Of a DNA stretch of 64,000 bases, positions 26,602 to 37,027 are shown piece by piece. Under the pieces are notes generated by a model. The model made no database searches, had not been told where the DNA came from, and worked only from the letters and a program-made list of their open reading frames with translations. This DNA is from an uncultured delta proteobacterium (GTDB lineage: Bacteria; Desulfobacterota; Desulfobacteria; Desulfobacterales; JAHEIW01): assembly GCA_963706575.1 (NCBI GenBank), contig CAVPNL010000012.1, positions 1 through 64,000 on the forward strand. The letters run 5' to 3'. Position numbers and translations under genes: made by a program. The first letter of the stretch is position 1, and the number at the start of each line of letters is the position of its first letter.

Positions 26602-29436
26602 TTCTTTCTTTTCTTCTGTGACGCTGGATATTTCTTTTAAAACCTTCTCCAGGTTTTCGAGTTCCCTGCCGTATTCAGCCCAATTTCCCTGACGCAAGTA
26701 ATCTTTGGCCTTATTATAGTGTTCCAGAGCCAACATGCCGAGATTAGAAATATCTTGAGTTTGAGCTCTAGATGGGGAAGCCAATTGTTGGGGGAACATC
26801 TGCCCGCCCAATAACCGGCCCAAGGCCTTATCAAGATTTTCCTCCATAATTAGGCGATCGCCGAAAACGACAATCACCCTTTTTAATTCCGGTAGGGCCG
26901 CAGCCCTTGATGTGTCCTTTTGTGCAGAAACCCGCCGTCCACCTCTCTGGGATGCTCCGGGTGGGGGCGATTCGCTTTCTTCCTGTTTTGCTTCCAGATA
27001 AACCGGCTCGACATAGATAAATGAATCACTGAGGGGAATCGCCAAAAGATTGCCTCTGATGACTCTGGAACCTCGCTGACCCCATAAGCTCAACTCCCGG
27101 GAGATCTCCGTTTGCTGATCCACCCGGGCTTCAATCTGCATCGGTCCATAGACCAGTTTTTCCTTGGGTAGTTTGTAGACTAACAGGTTTCCGTAGTTGG
27201 GCAGGTCACTTCTGGCTGCCAGCCAGCCAATCATATTATCTTTCTTGGAAGGGGTGAAAGGGGTCATCATGAGAAATTCCTCTTTTTCCTCTTCGGGCAG
27301 CTTTAGAATGATATAGTAGGGTTCCATTTCCTGCCGGCTATCACCATATAACTCATCCGGAATTTGCCAGAGATCTTCCTGGTTATAGAAGACCTGCACA
27401 TCTTCCATGTGATATTTCGTATATGTATCCACCTGTATTTTAAAGAGGTCCTTGGGATAGCGGATGTGCTTTTTCAGATCAGCAGGCATTTCCTTGAAAG
27501 GCTTGAATAGATCGGGGAATATACTGGCATAGGTTTTAACAACAGGGTCTTTTTCGTCAATAATATAAAAAACCACGTCTCCATTATAGGCATCGACCGT
27601 TACCTTGACCGAGTTCCGGATGTAGTTTAGCTCTTTATTTTTCAAACGGCCATAAGATCGGCGGGAATACGGATACATATCAGAGGTCGTGTAGGCGTCT
27701 TGAATCCAATAGAGCTTGCCCGCGGAGACAACCAGGTAGGGATCAGCGTCATAGTCGAGAAATGGGGCGATCATCCCCACCCGCCTGGCAATCCGGCGGT
27801 TATACATTATTCTGCTCTCCGGGCTTAAATACGTGGTAAATAGTATCTGGGGATCCAAAAATTCTATGGCAAATAAAAGTCTTCTGAAAAAAGATTTGAT
27901 CGGGACACCGCCCCTTCCCTGATAGATGGTATAGACGTTCTTTTCCCCCTTGGGGTAGTCAAATTCCTCGGTGTTCGTCTTTACCAGAACATACGCAGCC
28001 GTTTTTTCTCCATAATAGATCTCAGGGCGCTCTATTTTCAGGTCAGGTTCAAATGAAGGCGGCAGGTCTTTGATGAAGAGGCGTGGAAGTCCCTCGCCGG
28101 TCACTTCATTGACCGGGCTTGCGGCCAATCCGTAGCCATGGGTATAGATGAGGCGTCTGTTAACCCAGGTATTTGCCTTGGGCGGAAGTTGATCGATCAT
28201 CAGCTCCCGGGCGGACAGCATGACCTGTCGATACTGGCCGTTGATGAGATAACGATCAACGTCTATATTGTTAAAATCGTAATATAGCCGAATGGTTTGA
28301 ATTTGCCGGTAGGTCTGGAGCAAGGGCCGCTCGTCCCAGATTCTGATATTTTGAATCGTTGCATCATGCCGTTTGATGTCGTCCGCACTCAATTGGTTAT
28401 TAACTGTAAAATTGACCACTTTTATCCGATTCAGATTGTAAGCTTTACGCGTATAATCAATATTGTAGGCAATGTAGGGTGATTCTTTGGCTAATTCATT
28501 GGGTTTAACCACAAATTTTTGCATGAGGATGGGGAGCAGACTCGCAAACACCAACACCGCCCCTAACCAAATTGCGGCACTCAGCCAAAGTAATTTAAAT
28601 CTGAATTTAAAGGCGCTGAAAAAAACAACCGCGGCAAAGCCCAGGGAGACAATCATCACAACCCGATAGGCCAGGATCTTGATATGGACATCGGTGTAGC
28701 TGGCACCGAAAGCAGGTCCCTGGGTAGAATACAGGAGTCCATATATTTTCAGATGATAACTCCAGGCCAGGAGTAGAATAATGATTCCTGCCAAGAAAAT
28801 TAGGTGTTTTTTGACATTTGATGCAACCGTAACTTTAGGGAACGCGGGTGCAGCACCCTCTACCTGGCTGAATTCACCCTCAATTTGGAGGGCACCATTT
28901 TTTAGATACCATCCCAAAGACACCAGACCGGCCGCAACGAAAAGAACGATCAGCCCGTCTCGAACGAAAAGGTAAAAGGGAAGAGAAAACAGATAAAACC
29001 CGATGTCCCTGTTAAAAATAGGATCCGTGCTGCCGAAAGGTTGCTGATTTAGATAGCGCAGCAGCAAATTCCACTGGTCGGCGCCCTTTGAGGCAATATA
29101 GAAACTGGCAATCAGAATTAAAGCGATGAGAAGCGAATTTAAGGCCCTGCCTGAAAGGCCAAGTTGAGCGACATAATCGTCGGCCGCTTTAAAGCCCAGC
29201 CCCGGCCCCCCGCCCGAGTGTAACCGTTTGGCGACGTAAAGATTAAGGCTTATAATAAGAATCAAAAACAGCCATATGATGAAACCAAACCCGAACTTGC
29301 TCAAAAGCATGGTCCAGAAAACAGGCGAAAAGCCTAAGTTTTCGAACCATAGCCAGTCCGGATAGATTGAAACCCCCGACCAAAGCAACAGCACAGCAAC
29401 AAGCCCGAACCCGATCGCAAGTAATTTCTTATTCAT
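26599..29436 (-). CDS. UPF0182 family membrane protein
   Basis: DWLWF, TDPIF, NIRIWD, DVDRY, YTHGYG, NYIRNSVK and IYVEPVY motifs. Confidence 0.95.
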   Translation of the reverse strand: MNKKLLAIGFGLVAVLLLWSGVSIYPDWLWFENLGFSPVFWTMLLSKFGFGFIIWLFLILIISLNLYVAKRLHSGGGPGLGFKAADDYVAQLGLSGRALNSLLIALILIASFYIASKGADQWNLLLRYLNQQPFGSTDPIFNRDIGFYLFSLPFYLFVRDGLIVLFVAAGLVSLGWYLKNGALQIEGEFSQVEGAAPAFPKVTVASNVKKHLIFLAGIIILLLAWSYHLKIYGLLYSTQGPAFGASYTDVHIKILAYRVVMIVSLGFAAVVFFSAFKFRFKLLWLSAAIWLGAVLVFASLLPILMQKFVVKPNELAKESPYIAYNIDYTRKAYNLNRIKVVNFTVNNQLSADDIKRHDATIQNIRIWDERPLLQTYRQIQTIRLYYDFNNIDVDRYLINGQYRQVMLSARELMIDQLPPKANTWVNRRLIYTHGYGLAASPVNEVTGEGLPRLFIKDLPPSFEPDLKIERPEIYYGEKTAAYVLVKTNTEEFDYPKGEKNVYTIYQGRGGVPIKSFFRRLLFAIEFLDPQILFTTYLSPESRIMYNRRIARRVGMIAPFLDYDADPYLVVSAGKLYWIQDAYTTSDMYPYSRRSYGRLKNKELNYIRNSVKVTVDAYNGDVVFYIIDEKDPVVKTYASIFPDLFKPFKEMPADLKKHIRYPKDLFKIQVDTYTKYHMEDVQVFYNQEDLWQIPDELYGDSRQEMEPYYIILKLPEEEKEEFLMMTPFTPSKKDNMIGWLAARSDLPNYGNLLVYKLPKEKLVYGPMQIEARVDQQTEISRELSLWGQRGSRVIRGNLLAIPLSDSFIYVEPVYLEAKQEESESPPPGASQRGGRRVSAQKDTSRAAALPELKRVIVVFGDRLIMEENLDKALGRLLGGQMFPQQLASPSRAQTQDISNLGMLALEHYNKAKDYLRQGNWAEYGRELENLEKVLKEISSVTEEKKE

Positions 29437-29651
29437 ATTTATTCCCCCCCCCAGGGATACCGTCAGCAAACCGTTTAAATGTTTCAGCGATTAAGAAAGC
29501 GCAATAAATGGTTAACGGAGGGTAGCAGTTTTTCCTGTGAAATGAAAGGGGGGAAAAAGATTCTTGCCCATTTTCAATGTTGTCAGAATTTTCTGAATCC
29601 CGTATAACTGTTTGCCATTATATTTTCGCATTGCAAGCCCTATTTAACAAG

Positions 29652-29770
29652 TAGGTGCCAGGTGTCAGATAACAGAAAACAGAAAAATGCTGCACTTTGA
29701 CTCTCTCATCTATTTTCTGTACTTTTTCCTCTATATATTCCTGACACCTGAACACTGAAACTTGAAACCA
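29652..29770. repeat. Heptamer-based inverted intergenic repeat
   Basis: AGGTGCCAGGTGTCAG...CTGACACCTGAACACTGAAAC; related CAGGTGTCAG at 33248. Confidence 0.55.
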
Positions 29771-29776
29771 TAAGCT

Positions 29777-31366
29777 ATGAACATCAGAAAAAACATTTTA
29801 TTAGCATTGACCAGTGGTCTGCTACTGGGGCTGCCCTGGTCTGCCCCATCTTTGTTCTTTGTGGTTTTTATTGCCTGGGGTCCCCTCCTGCTGCTGGAAG
29901 AGAAACTCCAACATCACTCAAACCCCTACGCCATATTCAACTATGCCTTTGCAAGTTTTCTGCTGTGGAATATCATTGGTACCTGGTGGGTCATGCAGGC
30001 GCAATTGGTGGGAGCCATCCTTATCATTATCGCAAATTCACTGCTGCAGGCCCTCATATTCTGGCTGGCAAGCCGTGTCCGGAAAATCCTGGAAATGCCC
30101 TTGCTGTTCCCCTTTCTGATCATTTGGATGGGGTATGAGCATTTTCATCTATACTGGGATCTGGCCTGGCCCTGGCTCAACCTGGGCAACGCACTGGCTA
30201 CCGCGCCAAAGCTCATCCAATGGTACGAGTTTACCGGCGTTCGAGGTGGGACGCTCTGGATCATCCTGACTAATTTTGCCGCTTTGAAGGTCTACCGTGC
30301 TTATCGGCAAAAAGGCCCGCGTTCTTTTGTTCCGGCAGGCGCAATAGCCCTGGTGCTTTTTCTGATTCCCATCCTGGTATCTTATCTCATATACCAAAAC
30401 TTTGAAGAGGAAGGAGATACCGTCAATGTCGCTCTGATTCAGCCCAACCTGGATCCATACACGGAAAAATTTGATCCGCAAAATTATGCCCGACATATGG
30501 CGGCGTTTTTCAAAACGGCTGATGCGATTGTCGATGACAAGACCCAATACCTGTTTGGCCCTGAAACCATGATTGTCGAGCAGATTGACGAAAAAGATCC
30601 TGCCACATCGGCCTACTACCGTGACTTACTGGAATTTCGCAAAAAATATCCAACGTTGAATATACTGCTGGGCATACACAGCTACCGGAAACTGGGCAAT
30701 GAAAACATCCCCCCGGGGAGCCGTTTCAATAGCGAGGAAAACTATTTCTACGAGGCCTTTAATACAGCGCTGTTTCTGCCGTCGGGCCCTGCGCCTGAAC
30801 CCCAGTTCTACCACAAAACCAGGTTAGTGCCGTTATTCGAGCGCATGCCCTTTGTGCAATATCTGACTTTTTTGGGCAAATACGCCCTGGAGCTTGGTGG
30901 ATACGTCGGCACCTACAGTCTTCGTCAGGCGAGCACGACTTTTGAATTGCCTGATACTTCCTTAACCATCGTGCCTATTGTCTGCTTTGAATCCATATTC
31001 GGCCCCTACTGCTCCCGTAACCTGCCCGCAGAAGCGGGTTTTATCTGCATGATCACCAACGACGGCTGGTGGAAAAATACACCGGGCTACCGGCACCACT
31101 TCAATTTCAGCCCGGTGCGTGCCATCGAAAACCGGCGCGATTTTGTGCGAGTTGCCAATACCGGAATCTCTGCGCTTATCAATGCCAGGGGCACGATTAT
31201 CGCCCAGTCTCCCTGGTGGAAAAAAACGACCCTCAACGGCAGGATTCATCTTCGCCGGGGGCAAACGTTTTTCTCCCGGCATGGAGATTATCTGGGCCGG
31301 ATATCTTTGGTATTCGGGGGTGGGCTGGTTTTGTACGGATGGATTCGAAAGCTGATACCCCAGTGA
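29777..31366 (+). CDS. lnt: Apolipoprotein N-acyltransferase
   Basis: WPWLNLG, QPN, PET (Glu), HKTRLVP (Lys), VCFES (Cys), TNDGWW and ANTGISA. Confidence 0.93.
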   Translation: MNIRKNILLALTSGLLLGLPWSAPSLFFVVFIAWGPLLLLEEKLQHHSNPYAIFNYAFASFLLWNIIGTWWVMQAQLVGAILIIIANSLLQALIFWLASRVRKILEMPLLFPFLIIWMGYEHFHLYWDLAWPWLNLGNALATAPKLIQWYEFTGVRGGTLWIILTNFAALKVYRAYRQKGPRSFVPAGAIALVLFLIPILVSYLIYQNFEEEGDTVNVALIQPNLDPYTEKFDPQNYARHMAAFFKTADAIVDDKTQYLFGPETMIVEQIDEKDPATSAYYRDLLEFRKKYPTLNILLGIHSYRKLGNENIPPGSRFNSEENYFYEAFNTALFLPSGPAPEPQFYHKTRLVPLFERMPFVQYLTFLGKYALELGGYVGTYSLRQASTTFELPDTSLTIVPIVCFESIFGPYCSRNLPAEAGFICMITNDGWWKNTPGYRHHFNFSPVRAIENRRDFVRVANTGISALINARGTIIAQSPWWKKTTLNGRIHLRRGQTFFSRHGDYLGRISLVFGGGLVLYGWIRKLIPQ

Positions 31367-31456
31367 GGATGAAGCAATTCTTAAAGTCGTAAAATTTCAA
31401 AACCGATAGAATTATGCTATACCCTTTAGGAAAATCCCAGGCCGGAGGAGAACGAA

Positions 31457-31870
31457 ATGAAGATTGCAATTTGTGCCAGTATGGTATTCGCTGAAAAGAT
31501 GGTAGAGGTGAAACACCAGTTGGAGGAAATTGGACACATCGTATTCATTTCACAGTTTGCCGAAGGATATCTGGGCAAAGCGGAAAAAGAAAAGGAGAAG
31601 TTAGCGGTACATGATAAGAATGAACATGATGCCATTCGCAAGTTTTGGGAAATAATCAAGAAAAGTGACGCGATCCTTGTTTTAAACTATGATCGCAAGG
31701 GCATAAAAAATTATATCGGCGGTAACACATTGATGGAAATCGGATTTGCCCACGTCTTAAACAAAAAGATTTTCATGATGAATCCGATTCCGGATATCGA
31801 ATATTATCGTTCCGAAATAGAAGCTGTCAGCCCGGTGATTCTTGAGCAAGATCTGAATAAAATTATATAG
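31457..31870 (+). CDS. Nucleoside 2-deoxyribosyltransferase-like protein
   Basis: IAICASM; SDAILVLN; YIGGNTLMEIGFA. Confidence 0.7.
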   Translation: MKIAICASMVFAEKMVEVKHQLEEIGHIVFISQFAEGYLGKAEKEKEKLAVHDKNEHDAIRKFWEIIKKSDAILVLNYDRKGIKNYIGGNTLMEIGFAHVLNKKIFMMNPIPDIEYYRSEIEAVSPVILEQDLNKII

Positions 31871-31945
31871 ACCCCGGTTAAATCCGCCAGAGGCATATAA
31901 ATTCGCATCGCCTCTGAAAACCAATGAAAGAGGTAAAAAGTTGCC

Positions 31946-32413
31946 ATGCTTAAAGTAAAAGATATCATGACAAAGGAGGTCATTACGGTTTCCCCTGATA
32001 CGGAGATTGTCAATGCCGCCAAAATTCTCCTGGAAAATCGGATTAATGGAATGCCTGTAATCGACGCGTTCGGCAGGCTGATCGGCCTTATTTGCCAGAG
32101 CGATCTTGTCGCCCAGCAAAAGGCTATCCCCATTCCGTCCGTGTTCACTTTCCTTGAAAGCTTTATACCGTTAACATCCATGAAGCGGATCGACAAAGAA
32201 ATGGAAAAAATTGCGGCCTTAACGGTAAAAGAGGCCATGACACTCGAGCCGGTAACGGTTAGCCCGGAAACCGATATCGAAGAGGTCGCCAAATTAATGG
32301 TGGACAAAAAATATCACACGCTGCCCGTCGTGGATGGTGGCAAGGTCGTCGGAATTGTCGGCAAAGAGGATGTGTTGAAGACACTGTTACCCAAGTCGCA
32401 ACCCGGAGAATGA
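31946..32413 (+). CDS. CBS-pair protein
   Basis: VKDIMTKEVITVSPD...; second CBS repeat. Confidence 0.93.
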   Translation: MLKVKDIMTKEVITVSPDTEIVNAAKILLENRINGMPVIDAFGRLIGLICQSDLVAQQKAIPIPSVFTFLESFIPLTSMKRIDKEMEKIAALTVKEAMTLEPVTVSPETDIEEVAKLMVDKKYHTLPVVDGGKVVGIVGKEDVLKTLLPKSQPGE

Positions 32414-32449
32414 GCTCAGGCAGCGAATATAATCAGAGAAGGGAACTTC

Positions 32450-33241
32450 ATGCCTGACAAAGAAACCCCGCCGCAGCGAATTATCTCACTAACAGCTTCT
32501 TTAACTGAAATTCTGTTCGCCCTAAAATTGGGTCATCGCGTGGTGGGGGTTACCGACAGTTGCGACTATCCCCCGGAAGTTAAAGACTTGCCGAATGTCG
32601 CTTGCTGGTTCGACCCGGATATAGAAAAGCTCTTGGCCCTGAAACCCGATTTGGTGCTGGGTCTGCAAACCGCTCACCAGCATATAAAACCAGCCCTGGA
32701 ATCGCAAGGCATTCGTTTTATACTTGTAAATCCGCTTACGGTTGAAGGGGCCATCGCCGATATCGCCCGGATCGGGGAAATACTGGGTGCGCATGGCGTA
32801 TCGCAACACCTGATATCCAATCTTCATACCCGCCTGTCCGCGATCGATGCCCGGGTCAGCAAAATTGCCGGCGAAAGCAGACAAACCGCCTGCCGTATTC
32901 TTGACATGGATGATGGTCGCTTCCATGTCGCCGGGCCCCTGTCGTTCCAATACGATATCATCTCTCGGGCCGGCGGCCAAAATGTTACCTGCTCGAAAAA
33001 TGAAGCCTATCCCAAGATAACGCTGCGTGAGCTGCGGGAATGGAATCCGCAGGTGATATTTAATTGCGGCTTTGATCTCAACTCACTTACCGGTATTGTG
33101 GATAAACCTGAGTGGCAGTCGCTGCAGGCCGTTCAGTCCGGCAGCGTGTTTACGTTTGATTGCGCTTTAACCTGCCGCACGGGGCCTCGGATCGTGGATA
33201 TGGTGGAGCTTTTATTCAAGACACTCTATTCGGATGAATAG
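32450..33241 (+). CDS. BtuF-like cobalamin/siderophore-binding protein without signal peptide
   Basis: PQRIISLTASLTEILFAL, VVGVTDSCDYP and RTGPR motifs. Confidence 0.88.
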   Translation: MPDKETPPQRIISLTASLTEILFALKLGHRVVGVTDSCDYPPEVKDLPNVACWFDPDIEKLLALKPDLVLGLQTAHQHIKPALESQGIRFILVNPLTVEGAIADIARIGEILGAHGVSQHLISNLHTRLSAIDARVSKIAGESRQTACRILDMDDGRFHVAGPLSFQYDIISRAGGQNVTCSKNEAYPKITLRELREWNPQVIFNCGFDLNSLTGIVDKPEWQSLQAVQSGSVFTFDCALTCRTGPRIVDMVELLFKTLYSDE

Positions 33242-33350
33242 GGGTTTCAGGTGTCAGTAAAAAATAAGTGCTGAGCTATGAGGACTGAGGACTGAGGATG
33301 TGTTTAAAGTTGAAGCAAAAATTTAGATACAGCAGAGATAGAAAGCGGAG

Positions 33351-34475
33351 ATGAAAAACGAAAGGGATTTGCGGATTACGATTATCGGACTGGGGAATCT
33401 CATGGAAGCGATATTCTCCTGTATTGTTGAAACCATTGGCAGAGAAAACCTTTGGAGGCAGGTGAATGCAACCACAAACGACCAACCCGATTTGAGAAGG
33501 AAGCAAGAGGCCTTAGGGATTCCTGTAATTTTAAGTGACAATTTGGCGGCGCTTAAAGAAATGGAGCCGGATATCATCTTTTTTGCGCCACCGCCGCATG
33601 TCGCGCCCGGTATCATTCGCAATGAGTTGAAAAATTACTTTGCTTATATTCGGCAAGAATCAGCGGCCCTTCCCGAAATTTATGCTTTCCCGCCAACCCC
33701 TTCCGGTGCTTATTATGAGGAAATCCTGGGCAAGGATATACTTGTCGCGAACATACTGCCGCATCCGGTTCGCGTTATTGGCGGAAAACCTTTAAAGGAT
33801 GAAGGCTTTTATTCACGGACATTTAACCGGCCCTGGCCGCAAGAAAACACAGCCAGACTGAAGAGAATCTTTGAAACGATGGGGGACGGAATAGATCTCA
33901 AACCGGATGAAATCGTTCCCATGATGGGTGCCTGGATTATGCTTGAAGTCCTTTCAGAAGTGGTGACCACGATTGCCGACACGATTGAAGAAAAGGGGAA
34001 ACCCATTGGTCACAGAATTTTGTCAAAATATATGCGGGCTAAGGCACGGCAAGTGCTTAGAAGTGGTGAGGGCAGTGGCATTTCAGAGGCAGAACGAATA
34101 GAGCCGCCTTTGCGGCTGATTTTAGATTATGTTACGCTGGCATGGTATGAAGGGATTAGAAATTATTTCCAGGAGGTAAATTTTCCCCTTGAGTTGAGTA
34201 TGCGCATTTTAAATCTTCTAATGGATTTTCAGCTGCATATCCTTGAGGCCGAAAATCGAGTTGTTGTTGATAAAAATACCGTTATGGCGGCAACAAAGGG
34301 GGGTGTCCTTGAAAAAGGATTACATTGCTACCACCAAACCATTGAGGCCACCCTTAAAAAGGCGATTAAACAAATGCCTGAAAAATCGACCGAACAATGG
34401 AAAGATGTCCTTAGCGGTAAAGTGACCGAAGCCGCTCATGCCGTCCGCAAACATGGGATGACCTTGAGCGGATAA
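33351..34475 (+). CDS. Divergent pyrroline-5-carboxylate reductase-like protein
   Basis: IIGLGNL Rossmann start; C-terminal ATKGGVLEKG resembling ProC S/TPGGTT. Confidence 0.55.
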   Translation: MKNERDLRITIIGLGNLMEAIFSCIVETIGRENLWRQVNATTNDQPDLRRKQEALGIPVILSDNLAALKEMEPDIIFFAPPPHVAPGIIRNELKNYFAYIRQESAALPEIYAFPPTPSGAYYEEILGKDILVANILPHPVRVIGGKPLKDEGFYSRTFNRPWPQENTARLKRIFETMGDGIDLKPDEIVPMMGAWIMLEVLSEVVTTIADTIEEKGKPIGHRILSKYMRAKARQVLRSGEGSGISEAERIEPPLRLILDYVTLAWYEGIRNYFQEVNFPLELSMRILNLLMDFQLHILEAENRVVVDKNTVMAATKGGVLEKGLHCYHQTIEATLKKAIKQMPEKSTEQWKDVLSGKVTEAAHAVRKHGMTLSG

Positions 34476-34508
34476 AAAGCGATACAGGAAAGAAAGAGAG
34501 GAACTTAA

Positions 34509-35831
34509 ATGATCTCGAACTCGGAAAAGTCGCAAAGGCTATATGAAAGGGCCAAAAATGTGCTGGTTGAAGGGGTCAATTCACCCTCGCGGGGTGGAGA
34601 GTTTTACAAGCCCTGCCCGATATTCATAGACCATGGACAGGGGGGCAAAATTTATGATGTAGACCAAAATGAATATGTTGACTTGATGCTGGGCTTCAGC
34701 GCCCTGGTCCTCGGCCATGCGCATCCGGAAATAATAACTGCTTTGCAGCGGGCCGGAAATATGGGCACGCATTATGCAGCCGCAGCGGAAATCGAAGTTA
34801 CAGTGGCGGAAAAAATGTGTCAATTGATCCCCAGTGCCGAAAAGGTGCGCTTTGCAAATTCAGGAACCGAAGCAACGATGGCGGCTATCAGGCTCGCGCG
34901 GGGTTACACCGGCCGGAAGAAGTTCATAAAATTCGAGGGTCAATATCATGGATGGTATGATGCCTTTCTTGTGAACTGTCATGCCAGACCCGCATACACG
35001 CTGGGTACCCGTAAAGACCCCGTATCCATTCCGGATTCATCAGGGCTTACGCCGGGGTCTTTAGCGGACACCATTATGGCGCCCTGGAATGATATTGAAA
35101 TTGTGGAAGAAAAAATAAAGCAGTATAAGGGGCAAATTGCTGCGATCATAACCGAACCGATCATGAGCAACATCGGCTTTATTCCTCCCAAACCCGGCTA
35201 TCTGAAAGACTTAAGGCAGATCACAAGCGACAACGACATTCTTTTGATCATGGATGAAGTTGTGACCGGCTTCAGATACGCTCCCGGGGGATGCCAGGAA
35301 TATTTTGAAATCCTTCCCGATATCGCCACTTTTGGAAAAGCAATGGGCGCCGGTATTCCCATCGGTGCCGTGGTCGGAAAAAAAGACATCATGGAGGCTT
35401 TTTCATGGGGAAAGGTATTACATTATGGCACTTTTAATGGCACCCGTCTTGCCATGGAAATCGTTGATACCAATATCGATGTACTCACCCGCGATGGAAA
35501 TGCCGGCATTAAACACCTGCACACCATTGGCGATAAGATCATCGCCGGACTTAAAGAGATATTCGAGCATCGGAAGGTGCCGGCGATCGTCCAGGGTTTT
35601 GGGCCGATGTTCCAATTATATTTCACGCAAAAGGATTCAATAAGTGATTTCAGGGATTACTGTAGCGAAGTCGATACGGATAAATACAGTCAATTCGCGC
35701 ATGAACTTTTCAAACGCGGTGTCTACAGCACCGTTTCGAACGGACTGCATTCGATTGCATGTATTGCGCATACCGAAGAAGATGTTGCCAAGGTTTTGAA
35801 TGCAGCCGATGACGTAATTTCCAGCATGTGA
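34509..35831 (+). CDS. Class III aminotransferase, GSA-aminomutase-like
   Basis: GVNSPSR, NSGTEA, FEGQYHG, DEVVTGFR, FGKAMG and GTFNG motifs. Confidence 0.9.
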   Translation: MISNSEKSQRLYERAKNVLVEGVNSPSRGGEFYKPCPIFIDHGQGGKIYDVDQNEYVDLMLGFSALVLGHAHPEIITALQRAGNMGTHYAAAAEIEVTVAEKMCQLIPSAEKVRFANSGTEATMAAIRLARGYTGRKKFIKFEGQYHGWYDAFLVNCHARPAYTLGTRKDPVSIPDSSGLTPGSLADTIMAPWNDIEIVEEKIKQYKGQIAAIITEPIMSNIGFIPPKPGYLKDLRQITSDNDILLIMDEVVTGFRYAPGGCQEYFEILPDIATFGKAMGAGIPIGAVVGKKDIMEAFSWGKVLHYGTFNGTRLAMEIVDTNIDVLTRDGNAGIKHLHTIGDKIIAGLKEIFEHRKVPAIVQGFGPMFQLYFTQKDSISDFRDYCSEVDTDKYSQFAHELFKRGVYSTVSNGLHSIACIAHTEEDVAKVLNAADDVISSM

Positions 35832-35897
35832 TCCCATTTTACAACTGGTATAAATAGCCCCGGGAAACTGAATAAGGAAGGATTATACGACAATAGG

Positions 35898-36783
35898 TCA
35901 GCGCGCATACCTGATAAGATAGAGCCCGCTGGACATAATAATAAGGGCCCCCATGACGGTCCAGGCATCCGGCAAGTCTGCGAACACAACAAAACCCAGA
36001 ATCGTTGCCCATATGAGCGTGGTGTAATCAAATGGTGCCAGCAAGGAGGCCGGTGCAAGCTTATATGCCTTAATCATTAAGTAATGGCCCAACGCGCCAA
36101 GAAATCCCATCCAGACTAAAACCAGCCATTGTCCAGGCGAAGGCGTGATCCAGAAAAACAAAACGCCGATCGTACAAATGATAGCCCCGCCGGCACTCGA
36201 ATAAAGCAGGGTGGTTAGTGCACCTTCAGTCCGTCCGAGGATTCGAGTTGAAATTTGAACCCCTGCATATAAAAGCGCTGTGATAAAGGGCAATATTGAC
36301 ACCCAGGCAACGATGGTGAACCCGGGTCGCATGACGACCAGCACGCCGACAAATCCTAAAATAACAGCTGTCCACCGGTGTCGGCCGACACTTTCACCCA
36401 AAATGCGGGGCTGCAAGCACTGTTACCAATAAGGGAGCGATAAAAAGAATTACGACACAATCCGCCAGCGGCAGAAACATCAATGCCAGCCAGAATGTAA
36501 GGGTCGAAGACACCAGCAGGATCGAACGCAGAATCTGCAGTTTTATTTTGCTGGTATGAATGATATCTGCGGGTGCACCTCTAAAGAAGAAAAGCGCAAC
36601 AAAGAGGAAGTTAAAAACATAACGCCCCCATAATAACACCCACAATGGAAGTTCATTGCCAAAATACTTGGCCGAGGCATCTAAAGACGAAAAGCAGATC
36701 GTCATAAAGATCACTAAACCGATCCCATGCAGCGGGTTTTGGGCGGCTGGCGAAATTGTTGCTTTATTTAGCACCGGGGGCAA
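35898..36783 (-). pseudogene. EamA/DMT transporter split by a +1 frameshift near 36405
   Basis: ...LLVTVLAAP | ILGESVGRHRW... continuous if one base is removed. Confidence 0.8.
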
Positions 36784-36893
36784 TTGGTCCCTTTCCTGTT
36801 CGGAGGTTTTTATGCGAATTTAAAAAACTCGTATCTATCAGAGCTTTCGTGGGGATGTCAATGAATACAATCCAGGTTCAAGGTTATTCGAAT

Positions 36894-36928
36894 GCGGATT
36901 GCGGATTGCGGATTGCGGATTTTGGAAT
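36894..36928. repeat. Heptamer tandem repeat (GCGGATT)x4
   Basis: Read directly from the sequence. Confidence 0.8.
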
Positions 36929-37027
36929 GAGAGGTGGGGTTTTAGGTCGGAAAGCTATTTGTAATATTTTCATATTTGCGATAATGACAGATTGATAAAC
37001 CTTTAAAATCCACAAAGGGATAAAGGT

